From the IMG/VR virus record IMGVR_UViG_3300032665_000019: 64,000 nucleotides of DNA; one strand, 5' to 3'. The position numbers and the translations under genes were made by a program. Below, one piece after another: positions 29,474-42,196 of this stretch. The stretch is from an uncultured virus (IMG/VR IMGVR_UViG_3300032665_000019) (Duplodnaviria > Heunggongvirae > Uroviricota > Caudoviricetes). Numbering within the stretch: position 1 is the first letter of the stretch; each line of letters starts with the position of its first letter. Under the pieces are notes generated by a model. That model did not search any database and had not been told where the DNA came from. It worked only from the letters and a program-made list of their open reading frames with translations.

Positions 29474-31264
29474 TTATTCATCATCACCCATTCCTGCATT
29501 CATATCCGCAATAGCCCCTACAACTTTAGCAGAATTCACTCCTTTTTTAAGTGTTTTGCCGTATTTATCAATCTGATATTGCAATTTATTTCTAAATTCA
29601 GGTGTGCCAGGTTTAAGAATTCCGTTAATAGATTGCTTAGGTACAACAAATTCAGTAGTAGATGGTACCATTTCCCCTGTTTTAGAATCAAGTACCAACG
29701 CATTAGTTAGTTTCCCTGAATAACTTTCTGTATAAATTACCGGCATTGTTTTCTTTAAATCATCCGCAGTAAACCTTGCATCAATATGATTATCCCTGTT
29801 AATATCATTATAAGCATTCGCAAGGGCTTCAAGTTGCTGCTGGATAGGCACTTTTGGGTTGTAAAGTTTTTCGCGAAGTTCTTGCCATTTCGGTTCCTGT
29901 AATACCGACCTCAACTTTTCCGCAGTCTGCTTAATTGTTTTCTGGTAAACTTCATTGCTATTAACAGTAGTATTACTAAATACCGGTAGCGGCTGCATCT
30001 CTATGCCCCCTGTATTTGTTTTAGTGGCCGCATTCAAATGAGCCATTGCATTGATACCAAGTTCCAAGTAAGTCTTTGGTGGCTGCCCATTTTCTCCCGG
30101 AACAGTACCTGTAGGTTTGGATAATACAGCTTCAATTTCGTCTACGGTATAGTTTTTAGGCTGAGTTGACTGCTGCAAACTAAAACCAAATTGCTTTTCT
30201 CCTAACCTGTATTTATGCTGAACCCCAAGTTCCTGCATCCTGTACATGTGCCTGGCATAATCATCCGCTTTCTTTTCTCTTTCTTTTTGAGCAGCTTCAT
30301 AATCTCTATCCGGCTTAAAATTACCTGTAGGCTCTGATTTTTCCTTAGCCTCCAATACCATGTTTGCCTGTTCGTATCCGGCAAAATCAAATGCTAATTT
30401 AGGAGAATGACCACCTACTGGATGAGCATCTAATTCGTCCTGTGCTTCCTGGATAACTCCTTTTACCCATTCTTCCCCGTTTTTTTCTGTATCACTTTTA
30501 AACGAGCGTTTAGCGTCAGAACTAGCCATAGGAATGTTTGCCAGATACCTTGCAGTGTTTTGAACTATCTTATCCGGTTGACCGGTATATTCATATCTGG
30601 ATACAGCTATTTCTGTTTGACCAGTTTTAACCGGTTTGCCATCCGGCCCATTTTCTATAACATCTTCATATTTTTTTAATACAGGCAACTGTTTACCTCT
30701 GGCAAGTACATGCAAATCTTCTTTTGGCATTGTTTCTGCTGGTAACATATAGGGGACTGCCGTATTAAATCCTTGCTTATATACCTGATCGAGCGGCAAA
30801 CTATTTGAAATTTTCATCCTTTCTGCATACTCATTTGCAGGTACATACCCGACAAACCCCTTTTTTGCAGCTTCCAGATTCATGTCATACTCAAACTTGG
30901 ATTGCTGTTTGCTGCTATCTGTTAGGGACATTAACTCAGCATAGCTGTCATCCGCTTTCTTCAACCATTCTGCCCTGGTATTAGCATCCTTTTGAATCTT
31001 AGGACTTTGTAACATCAAAGAAGCCTGCCTCCAATTTCCGTATATTTCCTGAGCCTTGGGGACATCTGCAGGCCGGATTCCTTTCTGAGCTGCTTCAAGA
31101 TTCATAGCAGATTTGTCTATTACCTTTTTATATTGAACTCCCTGCAATAATTGTTCCTGGTGAATTTTATTTACAGTGTCGTAATACTGTTCCCAATGGA
31201 AAATACCGGCCTGACCTTCGCCTGCCTTAGTAGCCACATTTAATCCTGATAAAGTATTTGCCAT
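29474..31264 (-). CDS. Putative internal virion/ejection protein
   Basis: 596 aa, helical, between the small ejection-like gene and the large cargo genes. Confidence 0.55.
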   Translation of the reverse strand: MANTLSGLNVATKAGEGQAGIFHWEQYYDTVNKIHQEQLLQGVQYKKVIDKSAMNLEAAQKGIRPADVPKAQEIYGNWRQASLMLQSPKIQKDANTRAEWLKKADDSYAELMSLTDSSKQQSKFEYDMNLEAAKKGFVGYVPANEYAERMKISNSLPLDQVYKQGFNTAVPYMLPAETMPKEDLHVLARGKQLPVLKKYEDVIENGPDGKPVKTGQTEIAVSRYEYTGQPDKIVQNTARYLANIPMASSDAKRSFKSDTEKNGEEWVKGVIQEAQDELDAHPVGGHSPKLAFDFAGYEQANMVLEAKEKSEPTGNFKPDRDYEAAQKEREKKADDYARHMYRMQELGVQHKYRLGEKQFGFSLQQSTQPKNYTVDEIEAVLSKPTGTVPGENGQPPKTYLELGINAMAHLNAATKTNTGGIEMQPLPVFSNTTVNSNEVYQKTIKQTAEKLRSVLQEPKWQELREKLYNPKVPIQQQLEALANAYNDINRDNHIDARFTADDLKKTMPVIYTESYSGKLTNALVLDSKTGEMVPSTTEFVVPKQSINGILKPGTPEFRNKLQYQIDKYGKTLKKGVNSAKVVGAIADMNAGMGDDE

Positions 31265-31271
31265 TGGTTGA

Positions 31272-31982
31272 TTAATTTAAAGCTGTACCTCCCCATTGAT
31301 TAGCCATTAATTGAGACAAAAAAGAAGTCATCCCTGCCGGAATAACACCTCCACCGAATAAACCGGTATTCATTGTTGGGTCTTTAGGTGCAGTTATTTT
31401 CACATTACCTAATTGATTTGTATTCAAATCCCCGGCATTAGCTTTCGCGCCTGTACTCAGTAAACTATTGGCTGCCGTATTCATATTCTCCTGTGACGCA
31501 GTTTTGAGTGCTCTTATCGCTGCTGCATTTTCCTCATACTTCTGCCTGTTATTATAGTCCCAAACCTTATCCTGCCACCCGGCTAAGGTTTGATTTTGCT
31601 GAATTAAGTTTTGTGTATTAGCTGTTCTTGCAGCTTCATCTCTGGCTGCCAACTGAAGTCCAGCCTCGTTACTTGTTTCCTGTACAGCTCCCGCTGTTGC
31701 AACGCCAGCTCTGCGCGTAGTAGCTTCTGCCTGGGCAGTTGCCGCTTTCCTGGCGATCTCTTTTTTAGCTGCCATTTCAGTAGCCCCCTGTAATCCACCA
31801 CTCATGGCCAGTGTTTTTGCTAATTGAACGCTGTCTGTAACTCCTTGCGGAATCATTTCTATAGGTCGCTGATTCTCCTTAGCTAATCTCTTAGCCTTGC
31901 CGCTCTGTAAGATAGAGCTAATCCCGCTAATAATAGCAGGTACTGCTTCTAACCCTAAAGAAATCGGATCAATACCTGGCAT
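31272..31982 (-). CDS. Ala/Gln-rich small ejection (cargo) protein
   Basis: Hydrophobic Gly-rich N-terminus 'IDPISLGLEAVPAIISGISSI', coiled coil, directly after the muzzle gene as in podoviruses. Confidence 0.6.
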   Translation of the reverse strand: MPGIDPISLGLEAVPAIISGISSILQSGKAKRLAKENQRPIEMIPQGVTDSVQLAKTLAMSGGLQGATEMAAKKEIARKAATAQAEATTRRAGVATAGAVQETSNEAGLQLAARDEAARTANTQNLIQQNQTLAGWQDKVWDYNNRQKYEENAAAIRALKTASQENMNTAANSLLSTGAKANAGDLNTNQLGNVKITAPKDPTMNTGLFGGGVIPAGMTSFLSQLMANQWGGTALN

Positions 31983-32031
31983 AATTTAAAGTTTTGCCGC
32001 CTAAGTCTTCACCTTGGCGAATGACTAATTT

Positions 32032-35000
32032 TTACCCATTCCTTTGCGAAATTAAGTAATTCAAATATAACGAAGAAAGGAATGTGAATTGATTACTGTT
32101 ATTCCTGAGTGTAACCTGCAACCATTCCCCCTTTAAATAGTTACCATCTATCACCCCGTATATACCGGTGTTATCCCTTTGAAAGTCAGCATGATATACC
32201 CCCTCTCTAAAATCAAAGTCATCTCCTACTAAGTTGCTTTGTTGACCGGTGGAAGTCAATACATCTCCCATATTTGGCGCTAACCACAATGGCACATTTA
32301 CATTGTACTGAGGGTAAGGCGATTGATAGGATAATGATAACGGCTCTTTTTTAGCTGATTGCATTTCTTTGGCTATAATCTGAACTTCGGAACCAAAATA
32401 CTGACCATAAAAAGTATTGTAAGCATCTACATTGTCATGTATGTATGTTTGGCCACCAAACCATGAGTATAATTTATTCTCTGCACACAAAATAAAATCA
32501 GGCGCAAAGTCGTACTTGGAAGTAAACGCATTTTCTTTTTCATTGAAGGATAATGATTCACCTCCCACCGGTAATCCGTTTATCCCATAACCTGCGCCAT
32601 ATTGAGCCGAACATATGTATTCACCAGGTCGGTCTTTTGGGTTGAAAAATGTTCCTAATATCTTAGCATACCCTCCATACTGATACGGATTTTGATTAGA
32701 CAAATACGGAGGAAAGTTGTTACCTGTCCATGACTGCGCTTTATACAAATCAGATATAGGAATAATCCCATCCCTGGACAACCTAAGTAAAAATCCTTTT
32801 ACCGGATCAGGGAAATAATCAGCGTACCCGGAAGAAACAAGAGCTGCCCCCTGATTGCCTATCCCAAAATCGCCTTCATAATATTGTATGTTGTTAGGAG
32901 TGATAATTGTGTCAGTAGTAACCAATTGCTGTGTGCCTGAGTTGTCTTTGATAAAATTAGCATACACCCCGATAACTCCGCATTTCCTGTACTGGAATAT
33001 CCTTATCGATTTGTCATGAGTTTTCATTCTCATAACCCCGCCCCACTGTTTTTCAAATTCATCGAAATTATTGAAATAAAACCTGTTAGTGCCATTAATA
33101 TTTGTACCTAACTGATACGGCTCTGAATACCTAAATAGCGTGTTAAAGTTTGTTTGCAAGGCCGTTGTATCTTGAACAATCGCTCTTGAATTGTTATTAG
33201 TAATCAACTTATAAGTGTCACTAAATGAAGTATCATAAACATTTATCGTGTAATTACCCATTACATTTACCCGCATTGAAAATGCAGAAATAAACAAATC
33301 ACCAACATTATTGTAGTTGGAAAATATTAATGCTGCTTTGCACCCTGCGGGAATACTAACTGTAGCATCAAAATTAAATGTACTAGGTGTATTTATAACT
33401 GTTATAGGTTGATTACTGAATACCTGGATAGGCGTTGCAACATTGGAGCTTGTGTTTATTTTTAAAAACATTCCAACAGATGTCTGTGTATTAGATGCAT
33501 TTATGTACGCTTGGAAAGTGCCACGTATCCTTATGGAAATGGGATTAGAACTTTTATTCCAGAAAAAATTCCCGTCTGAAAAATTAGGATAACCCCCACT
33601 GGACAGGCTTGCACTTTGATTATTTTGACAAGCTAAAAGGTAATTAGTCGTTGGAATGTCATTTAAAGTATTATTATCCCATATCTGTATGGTAGCATAA
33701 GAGTTACTAAAATGATAACCATTACAAGGTAATTGATAAGTTGCCCCTGTTGGCACTGTTCTTCGCCTTAAAAAAACATCTCCATCATTAAATGATATTT
33801 CATTGTCTCCCGTATTGCCCATGTGGTAGGCCGAAGATGTTCCGGGGAACCCAATATTATACTGCTGTCCTGTTTCGTAATATACATTCTGATTACTACC
33901 TTCTACACTCTGGGCCCAAGGCTTTAAGTTATAAATAAGTATTTGGTAGTTCTGAAAGTCAGCTACATTGCCACTAAAAGTAGATGAGCCTGGAAACTGG
34001 AAAGCCCCACTACTTGCCGCTACATCTGCTGTAGGGTAATTAATCTGCAAGAAAGTCCCATTTCTTTGAATACCATTCATTATAGGATTAGAGACCAATG
34101 CTATTATTTCGTAATCATAGTTTAACGTATTGAAATTCCCCGCTGCATTATACAGACCTACTATCTTAACCCTGTCACCAAGAGAGAATGAATAATTTAC
34201 TACATTCTGAGTGGATTCTAAATTCTGGTTATAAGTAAGTATGTTATCAATTTCAATGTAAGCATACTGAGATTGTACAAATTGCCCTGTACTGGCATAA
34301 GCCCCATTTGAAATCCAGTCTAAATATTTATCGTAAGTCAACGTATTTGTACGAACCAAATGATAATACTTAGCCCATGACGGGGGAGTGATACCAGATA
34401 GTCCAATTGTAATATAAAATAACCCGAAGAAATTACTATATCCTTGCCCACTAGGAGTTATTATGTTCGCGCTTACATCTGTAATAACACCGTTGGTCCT
34501 GCCTTTATCATCATAATAAACAACTCCATAAGAGTACCAGGAATAAGGGAAAAGAGATGGGAACTGAATAGTCGACGGAATATTGTTTTGTAAATACACA
34601 TAAGCTGATTGAAGCACAACATTTGCTAAGCTAACTGTTAAGCTATTAGAAGTAGAAGATACTACCGACCATCCAGCATAAGTAGCGCCTACTTGTAGCT
34701 GAGATATGATTGTAGCGATATTATTCCCTATACCATTTGTTACACTAAATCCTACATCGGTTACGCCGACCTTTGCTGTTACGAAAAGATACAAAGGCGG
34801 ATTATCCAGCGTAGTTGGTAGGTTAGTAGTGCCATCGTTGATTCCTACCCCAGTTAGATATAATGTAACCTGATTGCTTCCTTTAGGTTGATACGCAAAG
34901 AAAAGGCAGCCATTGATCGTATATATACTTGGTTCGAAACCGCCTCCTATAATTTCTGTAAATGAAGATTTTATGTAGTCATACCCCTCTGTGATATTAG

Positions 35001-36006
35001 CGTAAGAGATAGTGCTTACATTTAGCAAGGCCTGGCATCTAGCTTGCTGAGGCACGTAATCCTGTAATACTACAGTAAATGAAGGATTTGCATCTAAATA
35101 CAGACCGTCATTTTTAAACTGGTACCTGTATATTGAATTTGACGGTATACTTAATGAAGCCTTATCCAGGGTAGCTATAATAAACCATCCACTCGTGGCT
35201 CCACTATTTGTCTGTCTACCGTATATCCTTATTGCCTTGACATCGCTATCACCTGTTTCTACATACAAAGCAATCCTCGCATTACTGTTTACCGGATTGG
35301 TATCAACGGTATTAAATGCAATGGTAGGTAGCGGGGTTATACTGCCGGAAGAAAGTACACTTTCCTCGTTGTCATCGTAAATATTGGTAGAGCAAAACTG
35401 AAACAGGGAATTTATAAGATTATTATTATTTGCGGTAAGGTCGTTCTCGTAAGTGCATTTAACTGGCATTACCGGTGGGGCCTTCGCTACATCAATAAAA
35501 CTCCGGTAAACGGGTGTGTATGCATTTGCCAGGTACCGCTGTATATTTAATTTTGTTGGCCTATATAATGAGTCTATGTAAAATAACAGATCACCAGAAT
35601 TTCCGTCCCCGTATATAATGTCCACTGAAGTGATATAAATGTCAGCGTCGAATCCTAGTATATCCCCATTGGTATTAACCCCGTTCTGACACAATACCTG
35701 ATATGTTTCGGTCTGTGTATTAAGTATATATATCCCATGATTTAAAGCAGAATTATAGTTAAACTCTATAATTCTATGATTTACATCATCATAGAACGCC
35801 CCTATTTTTTTGTTTTGACCAGTAGAAGGTAGATAAGGATTAGGAATGTTCCGTGTTCCGGGTAAGTTATCTATACGCATATTCCCTTTATTCCCGCGCA
35901 TAATAATATTCCTGGCATCCGAGTGGAACCCTTTAGGGAACACCTGCGGAGGCGTATCCATATCCATAGCCCCTACAAACTGAACTTCTTCTACTTGATG
36001 TGGCAT
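32032..36006 (-). CDS. Tail muzzle/stabilisation protein (crAss-like; P22 gp10-type beta-propeller)
   Basis: 1324 aa; 'F.GAMDMD...GFHSDARNI', 'LFYID...PTKLNI', 'YGVVYYDDKGR', C-terminal 'SFNE..N.FTS.YDF.P...YNTFYG...FREG.Y.A...G.YLKG.W'. Confidence 0.75.
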   Translation of the reverse strand: MPHQVEEVQFVGAMDMDTPPQVFPKGFHSDARNIIMRGNKGNMRIDNLPGTRNIPNPYLPSTGQNKKIGAFYDDVNHRIIEFNYNSALNHGIYILNTQTETYQVLCQNGVNTNGDILGFDADIYITSVDIIYGDGNSGDLLFYIDSLYRPTKLNIQRYLANAYTPVYRSFIDVAKAPPVMPVKCTYENDLTANNNNLINSLFQFCSTNIYDDNEESVLSSGSITPLPTIAFNTVDTNPVNSNARIALYVETGDSDVKAIRIYGRQTNSGATSGWFIIATLDKASLSIPSNSIYRYQFKNDGLYLDANPSFTVVLQDYVPQQARCQALLNVSTISYANITEGYDYIKSSFTEIIGGGFEPSIYTINGCLFFAYQPKGSNQVTLYLTGVGINDGTTNLPTTLDNPPLYLFVTAKVGVTDVGFSVTNGIGNNIATIISQLQVGATYAGWSVVSSTSNSLTVSLANVVLQSAYVYLQNNIPSTIQFPSLFPYSWYSYGVVYYDDKGRTNGVITDVSANIITPSGQGYSNFFGLFYITIGLSGITPPSWAKYYHLVRTNTLTYDKYLDWISNGAYASTGQFVQSQYAYIEIDNILTYNQNLESTQNVVNYSFSLGDRVKIVGLYNAAGNFNTLNYDYEIIALVSNPIMNGIQRNGTFLQINYPTADVAASSGAFQFPGSSTFSGNVADFQNYQILIYNLKPWAQSVEGSNQNVYYETGQQYNIGFPGTSSAYHMGNTGDNEISFNDGDVFLRRRTVPTGATYQLPCNGYHFSNSYATIQIWDNNTLNDIPTTNYLLACQNNQSASLSSGGYPNFSDGNFFWNKSSNPISIRIRGTFQAYINASNTQTSVGMFLKINTSSNVATPIQVFSNQPITVINTPSTFNFDATVSIPAGCKAALIFSNYNNVGDLFISAFSMRVNVMGNYTINVYDTSFSDTYKLITNNNSRAIVQDTTALQTNFNTLFRYSEPYQLGTNINGTNRFYFNNFDEFEKQWGGVMRMKTHDKSIRIFQYRKCGVIGVYANFIKDNSGTQQLVTTDTIITPNNIQYYEGDFGIGNQGAALVSSGYADYFPDPVKGFLLRLSRDGIIPISDLYKAQSWTGNNFPPYLSNQNPYQYGGYAKILGTFFNPKDRPGEYICSAQYGAGYGINGLPVGGESLSFNEKENAFTSKYDFAPDFILCAENKLYSWFGGQTYIHDNVDAYNTFYGQYFGSEVQIIAKEMQSAKKEPLSLSYQSPYPQYNVNVPLWLAPNMGDVLTSTGQQSNLVGDDFDFREGVYHADFQRDNTGIYGVIDGNYLKGEWLQVTLRNNSNQFTFLSSLYLNYLISQRNG

Positions 36007-36007
36007 T

Positions 36008-36244
36008 TTAATTAGTTTGAGTTAAATTAGATATTTCAAACCCTCCCCACAACCCCCTAATCATTGTGCCAGAAAATGTATTGCCTAGTTCATCTGCCCC
36101 TGTAACAGGATAGCTTGCTACAGAACCGGATAACGTAGCTCCTTCTGGATTAGTAAAAACCAGAAGCCTTTGTCCAGCTACAGCAGTGCCACCTAAAGGT
36201 CGCGATATGCCGGTTGTGTCGATTATTTTTTGAAAAATAGACAT
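36008..36244 (-). CDS. Small hypothetical structural-region protein
   Basis: 78 aa; stop 1 nt before the muzzle start. Confidence 0.55.
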   Translation of the reverse strand: MSIFQKIIDTTGISRPLGGTAVAGQRLLVFTNPEGATLSGSVASYPVTGADELGNTFSGTMIRGLWGGFEISNLTQTN

Positions 36245-36284
36245 GATATGTTAAATTTAAGTTAATAATAAATTCGCATCTAAA

Positions 36285-37070
36285 TTACTTTATAGCCAAC
36301 GTTTCTCCTTCCACAAAATACTGAGCTGCTTCCTGCAATCTAAATGGCTTGAACATTCTCTTAGCAAGTGAAAGTTGAGCTTTGAATGCCCTTGCCCTCA
36401 TGGTAATAGAATTATTCCCTACATGGCCGGTAGATGGAAGATTAGCAATGTCCTGCCAGGCTAACCATGCTATCATAGCTTCTTTAAACTGAATTGGAAT
36501 CTGGTAGTCGTCATTCATCTCAGGACTGCATAGGTATTCTAATACAACATGAGCATACTCGTAATTTGTATTCAATATAATAACCTGATTCTGATTATCT
36601 ACCTTGCACTCTCCATACTGCACCAGCCTACTTCCTAACCCAAATTCCGGTTGATAACTGTATCCATTACTGATTCCCGCGCCAGTAAAGCCTCCGTCAG
36701 CAGACACTCCATACCATCCTTCTCCGCATAACGCTTCCTGTATTTCAGGTGTTATCTGGCTTATCCTGTTAGGATCATTATCCTTATAGGTAGTAAGCTG
36801 CTCATTTACCCGCAAAGTTTGTAATTCGCCTGCCTGGTTAAACTGTCCGATTTTTATCCATTGCAGATAATTAGTAGGCAGGTTTGCGGTCTTATTTGGA
36901 TTTACCGGTAATGACACGGTTAGTGGTTCCCAAAAAGCATTCAAACCCATTTGCTCAAATCCCCTGAAAGCTATTCTCCATAGTCTTATATAAGCAGCTT
37001 CAGTCTGCTTTGCAGATTCAATGTAAAAGAAAATTACATCACGAAGTTTTATGAGTCTTTGAATTGCCAT
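36285..37070 (-). CDS. Tail ring/tubular protein (crAss-like)
   Basis: 'ANLPTNYLQWIKI...VVLEY....IPIQFKEAMIAW' pattern, upstream of the muzzle. Confidence 0.65.
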   Translation of the reverse strand: MAIQRLIKLRDVIFFYIESAKQTEAAYIRLWRIAFRGFEQMGLNAFWEPLTVSLPVNPNKTANLPTNYLQWIKIGQFNQAGELQTLRVNEQLTTYKDNDPNRISQITPEIQEALCGEGWYGVSADGGFTGAGISNGYSYQPEFGLGSRLVQYGECKVDNQNQVIILNTNYEYAHVVLEYLCSPEMNDDYQIPIQFKEAMIAWLAWQDIANLPSTGHVGNNSITMRARAFKAQLSLAKRMFKPFRLQEAAQYFVEGETLAIK

Positions 37071-37081
37071 GGCTTATTTGG

Positions 37082-37759
37082 TTATGGACTGAATGTATGT
37101 ATGTCCCCGCTGTCGGTAGCTAAATCCTTCGGCCTGTTCATCCTGGCTATTAATTTCTGACACACAATATCAAATACTACTAATAATTGATCGTCAGGAA
37201 CATTGATAGTATCCGTATCCGTATTAGTCAAACTACGCGGAGATAGCATTCTTAAATACAGAGTTAATCCTGATTCATACAAATTGACATTTGGACTGTA
37301 CATATTAAAAATAGAACCTTCTGGCCAATAGAATACTCCATAATTTGGCATTTCTATTTTATCAAAATAACCTACCTGACTAGCGTTTACTGCTATCAAT
37401 GGATAGCTTTTTGAGTTATACCCTGCGAAAAATGGAGCAGAAATACTATAGCCTAATGGTAGATTTACAGGAGGGGCTGGCATAGTCACCTGGTATATGC
37501 CCGTGTTTTGGTCCTGGGTAAAACTACTTGCCGCTAATTTATACACCGTCAAGAAACCTTCCGGCAATGCTAATATACCCTCTGCCTGGTAACCTTTCTC
37601 CGCTGCATTAACTATTGCTACACCTATACCCTCGTACACATACAACAATATTTCATTACTGGTGACATCTAATTTCTGGTCAGGCCAGTTATTTTCGCAG
37701 AACTTTTTTACCCGTTCTACAAAAACGCCAAATGTAATATTGTTTATAATTGCACCCAT
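37082..37759 (-). CDS. Tail ring/tubular protein (crAss-like)
   Basis: Second of three similarly sized genes between chaperonin and muzzle. Confidence 0.55.
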   Translation of the reverse strand: MGAIINNITFGVFVERVKKFCENNWPDQKLDVTSNEILLYVYEGIGVAIVNAAEKGYQAEGILALPEGFLTVYKLAASSFTQDQNTGIYQVTMPAPPVNLPLGYSISAPFFAGYNSKSYPLIAVNASQVGYFDKIEMPNYGVFYWPEGSIFNMYSPNVNLYESGLTLYLRMLSPRSLTNTDTDTINVPDDQLLVVFDIVCQKLIARMNRPKDLATDSGDIHTFSP

Positions 37760-37767
37760 AGTATTTT

Positions 37768-38463
37768 TTATTCCCCTCTGGTTATTACTTCTTCCCCGAA
37801 TTTAACTTTGTCTTCGTCAGAAAAACTTACACCCATTAATCTTATTGCTCTGCCTAATATCTCATCATTACTAGGATTATCCCATTCAGGTTGCACACTT
37901 GTAGCTGAATTGTAAACCGCACGACCATTGCTATTAACTGTGTACCCCCATACTATATCAACCGGTAACCTGTAATAAGATATAAGCACACTGGATACGC
38001 CATTTGGGTATACCCTCCACCCTGTACTATCTTCTATGTAAAATGGTGATGATGTATCGGATAACGGGTCAATCTTTGAATTTAGTCTTGCGGCTATTTT
38101 CGTGTCATCAATTCGCTCTACCTTTCTATATGTGGTATCAAACATGGCCGCTAAAAAATGGAAATTGGATGGGTATAAAGCTATGCCGCCACCATAAGGT
38201 GACACCCCTCCTGTTACCGAAATAGGGGTATTAGTATATTTAAATGGAGCCAAATCCTTTGCTATTTTACTGCTCATCCCTAGACCTATCCTCGCTACCG
38301 GCTTCCCATATTGAAACTGCTCCACTCTACCCAGTAGCATATCATAATAATCCCTTTGAGCTGTATTGTATGCTAATTGGTATTCAGTTGGCGTTACGTT
38401 CCCTGTCTGATTTTTTCTAATCAGAAACTGGATGAACTGGTAATTGGTGTTTACGTCTGCCAT
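37768..38463 (-). CDS. Tail ring/head-tail connector protein (crAss-like)
   Basis: 'YQFIQFLIRKNQTGNVTPTEY..AYNTAQ...YYRLP..I.WGY'. Start MADV at 38463 preferred. Confidence 0.65.
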   Translation of the reverse strand: MADVNTNYQFIQFLIRKNQTGNVTPTEYQLAYNTAQRDYYDMLLGRVEQFQYGKPVARIGLGMSSKIAKDLAPFKYTNTPISVTGGVSPYGGGIALYPSNFHFLAAMFDTTYRKVERIDDTKIAARLNSKIDPLSDTSSPFYIEDSTGWRVYPNGVSSVLISYYRLPVDIVWGYTVNSNGRAVYNSATSVQPEWDNPSNDEILGRAIRLMGVSFSDEDKVKFGEEVITRGE

Positions 38464-38502
38464 AAATAAAAATCCTGTTCCCCAAAGATAAGGAACAGGA
38501 TT
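38462..38502 (-). terminator. Intrinsic terminator after groEL
   Basis: 11-bp stem AATCCTGTTCC (38471-38481)/GGAACAGGATT (38492-38502) followed on (-) by a U-rich tract. Confidence 0.7.
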
Positions 38503-38523
38503 CAAATATTAAGTAGCAGGTTT

Positions 38524-40468
<1,945 letters not shown>

Positions 40469-40537
40469 GTTTTATATTGGTTTATTACTGAATTGAATTG
40501 TCAACTTGTATCGCATTTTCTGCTAACTTACATCAAC

Positions 40538-41125
40538 TTAGCACGCATTTTCTGCTAACTTACATACCACATCATTCTCCCATACGACACATCTTCTGTT
40601 TAATTCTCCTTTCCAGATATACGATACCGGATAATCAGCATATTTCAATATACCTATAGCATCACCTGGACTTGCCCATTCAACACCTGAATGGATTACT
40701 TTTACTTTATCTGACCAGTATTTTACCGCTGTATCTGGCAATTCATACCTACCCGCTCCTGCAGTCTGAGGCATCCGTATCCTTTCACAAATCAAATTAC
40801 CTTTCATGGCCATTAACCCGCCGTCGCAATGATCTATCTTGCCTAATACCCATCGGTCAAATGGAATAGAAGAAACGGAAAGCTGACCCGATTCGGCACT
40901 TATTTCCCATACCTTATCGGTTATAATATTATGATGCAGTAGGATACAATCTCCTTTTGCAAGTGGGATGCCTTCATCCGCGCATATCACTTCAGCAATA
41001 CATGGATTAGTGTCAACCCCGTTTTGCTCATAAGTATGCCTGTTAGGTACGATAAAGAACTCTCCCACTTTCTGCTTTTGGTCCCTGTCTGCACGTATAA
41101 GTATATGATTCTTAATTGGTCTCAT
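40538..41125 (-). CDS. Divergent tandem GroES-fold protein
   Basis: Two GroES-like units: 'MRPIKNHILI...AEVI...KGDCIL' and 'LMAMKGNLICE...KVIHSG...PGDAIG.LKYADY...VWENDVVC'. Confidence 0.65.
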   Translation of the reverse strand: MRPIKNHILIRADRDQKQKVGEFFIVPNRHTYEQNGVDTNPCIAEVICADEGIPLAKGDCILLHHNIITDKVWEISAESGQLSVSSIPFDRWVLGKIDHCDGGLMAMKGNLICERIRMPQTAGAGRYELPDTAVKYWSDKVKVIHSGVEWASPGDAIGILKYADYPVSYIWKGELNRRCVVWENDVVCKLAENAC

Positions 41126-41134
41126 TGGTTTTTA

Positions 41135-41512
41135 TTATACCGATTTAAGTGGATTTGACCCTATCCCAACAGGTAATTGCTCGGTATCAACCACTATGTC
41201 AATATGCTTGTTCATAAACTCATTGTACAGTTTGTCATACTGTTTAGCAGCATCCTCGTCGATAAAAAAAAGTCTAGCCTTACCTTCCACTACTTCCACT
41301 AACCCCTGGCCTTTGTCATCCTTTTTTACATACAGGTCATTAAGCGTAGCAATGTGATTATTCAAATCGCGTATTCTACCTTCGTTTACTTTTAAAAACT
41401 GGTTGATCTTTGATCGAAGGAATAATTCCAAAGCTGGCGATTGTGCCTGGATAAATCCTATTTCCTGTAATAAAACAGATAGCAATCCGTTACTAATTTT
41501 TTGACGTGGCAT
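41135..41512 (-). CDS. Hypothetical protein
   Basis: 125 aa, coupled to the upstream gene. Confidence 0.6.
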   Translation of the reverse strand: MPRQKISNGLLSVLLQEIGFIQAQSPALELFLRSKINQFLKVNEGRIRDLNNHIATLNDLYVKKDDKGQGLVEVVEGKARLFFIDEDAAKQYDKLYNEFMNKHIDIVVDTEQLPVGIGSNPLKSV

Positions 41513-41856
41513 TATAATTTGAGTTTTGATTTAACTAATTGTTTTAATTTTTCTATTTTCTTAGGTATTGGCATTAGGGGGTCTTCTTTGAGCGCAAATT
41601 CAAACCACTCCTTCACTTCGTTGTAAGTCAAGCATTCTTTATTTTCTATTAACCAGTTAGTTGACTCGCTAATGACACCTGTTGCGTCTGGTTCACTAGA
41701 TTTCACCCTTCCTATCATCTCGTCACACTTTACCAGTAGAGTTTCTTCCTTGCTTTTTAAAAACTCGTCCGACCTTTGTTTCAACTCCCTAATTAACGCG
41801 CCATTAGTGTCACTCAGGATGTGCAGCAGGAACTCGTTAATAATATTGTTAGACAT
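41512..41856 (-). CDS. Hypothetical protein
   Basis: 114 aa co-oriented ORF. Confidence 0.55.
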   Translation of the reverse strand: MSNNIINEFLLHILSDTNGALIRELKQRSDEFLKSKEETLLVKCDEMIGRVKSSEPDATGVISESTNWLIENKECLTYNEVKEWFEFALKEDPLMPIPKKIEKLKQLVKSKLKL

Positions 41857-41886
41857 ATAGATAGGATTAATCTGTTAAATTCATAC

Positions 41887-42099
41887 TTATTTTTTTTCAA
41901 TCAATATCTCATCAGGTTTTTTATTCATAGCCTTAGCGATAGCTACTACAGCTTTATAAGTTGTAAGAGATTTGCTACCCCGGATGACGGCAGACATAAC
42001 ACCGTAATTATTCACACCTACATAAGCAGCAACCTGCTCCTGAAGTGTTTTATCCCCTCCAAGATGTATTAACGCTTCCGGTGACAAATGAGTGGCCAT
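41887..42099 (-). CDS. Small Cro/XRE-like HTH protein
   Basis: 'LQEQVAAYVGVNNYGV...AVVAIAKAMNKKPDEIL'; first gene after a divergent AT-rich gap. Confidence 0.55.
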   Translation of the reverse strand: MATHLSPEALIHLGGDKTLQEQVAAYVGVNNYGVMSAVIRGSKSLTTYKAVVAIAKAMNKKPDEILIEKK

Positions 42100-42170
42100 A
42101 ACTAATAATTTAAGTCAAAGTAAAACTAAATATTTTTAATAAAAAAATTTTTTTAAAGGAAAAATATATT

Positions 42171-42178
42171 TACGTTTG
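42171..42178 (+). promoter_or_regulatory. Bacteroidota -7 promoter box (TACGTTTG)
   Basis: Exact TAnnTTTG 18 nt before the ATG at 42197. Confidence 0.55.
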
Positions 42179-42196
42179 CTGTGTTAATAACAAAAT

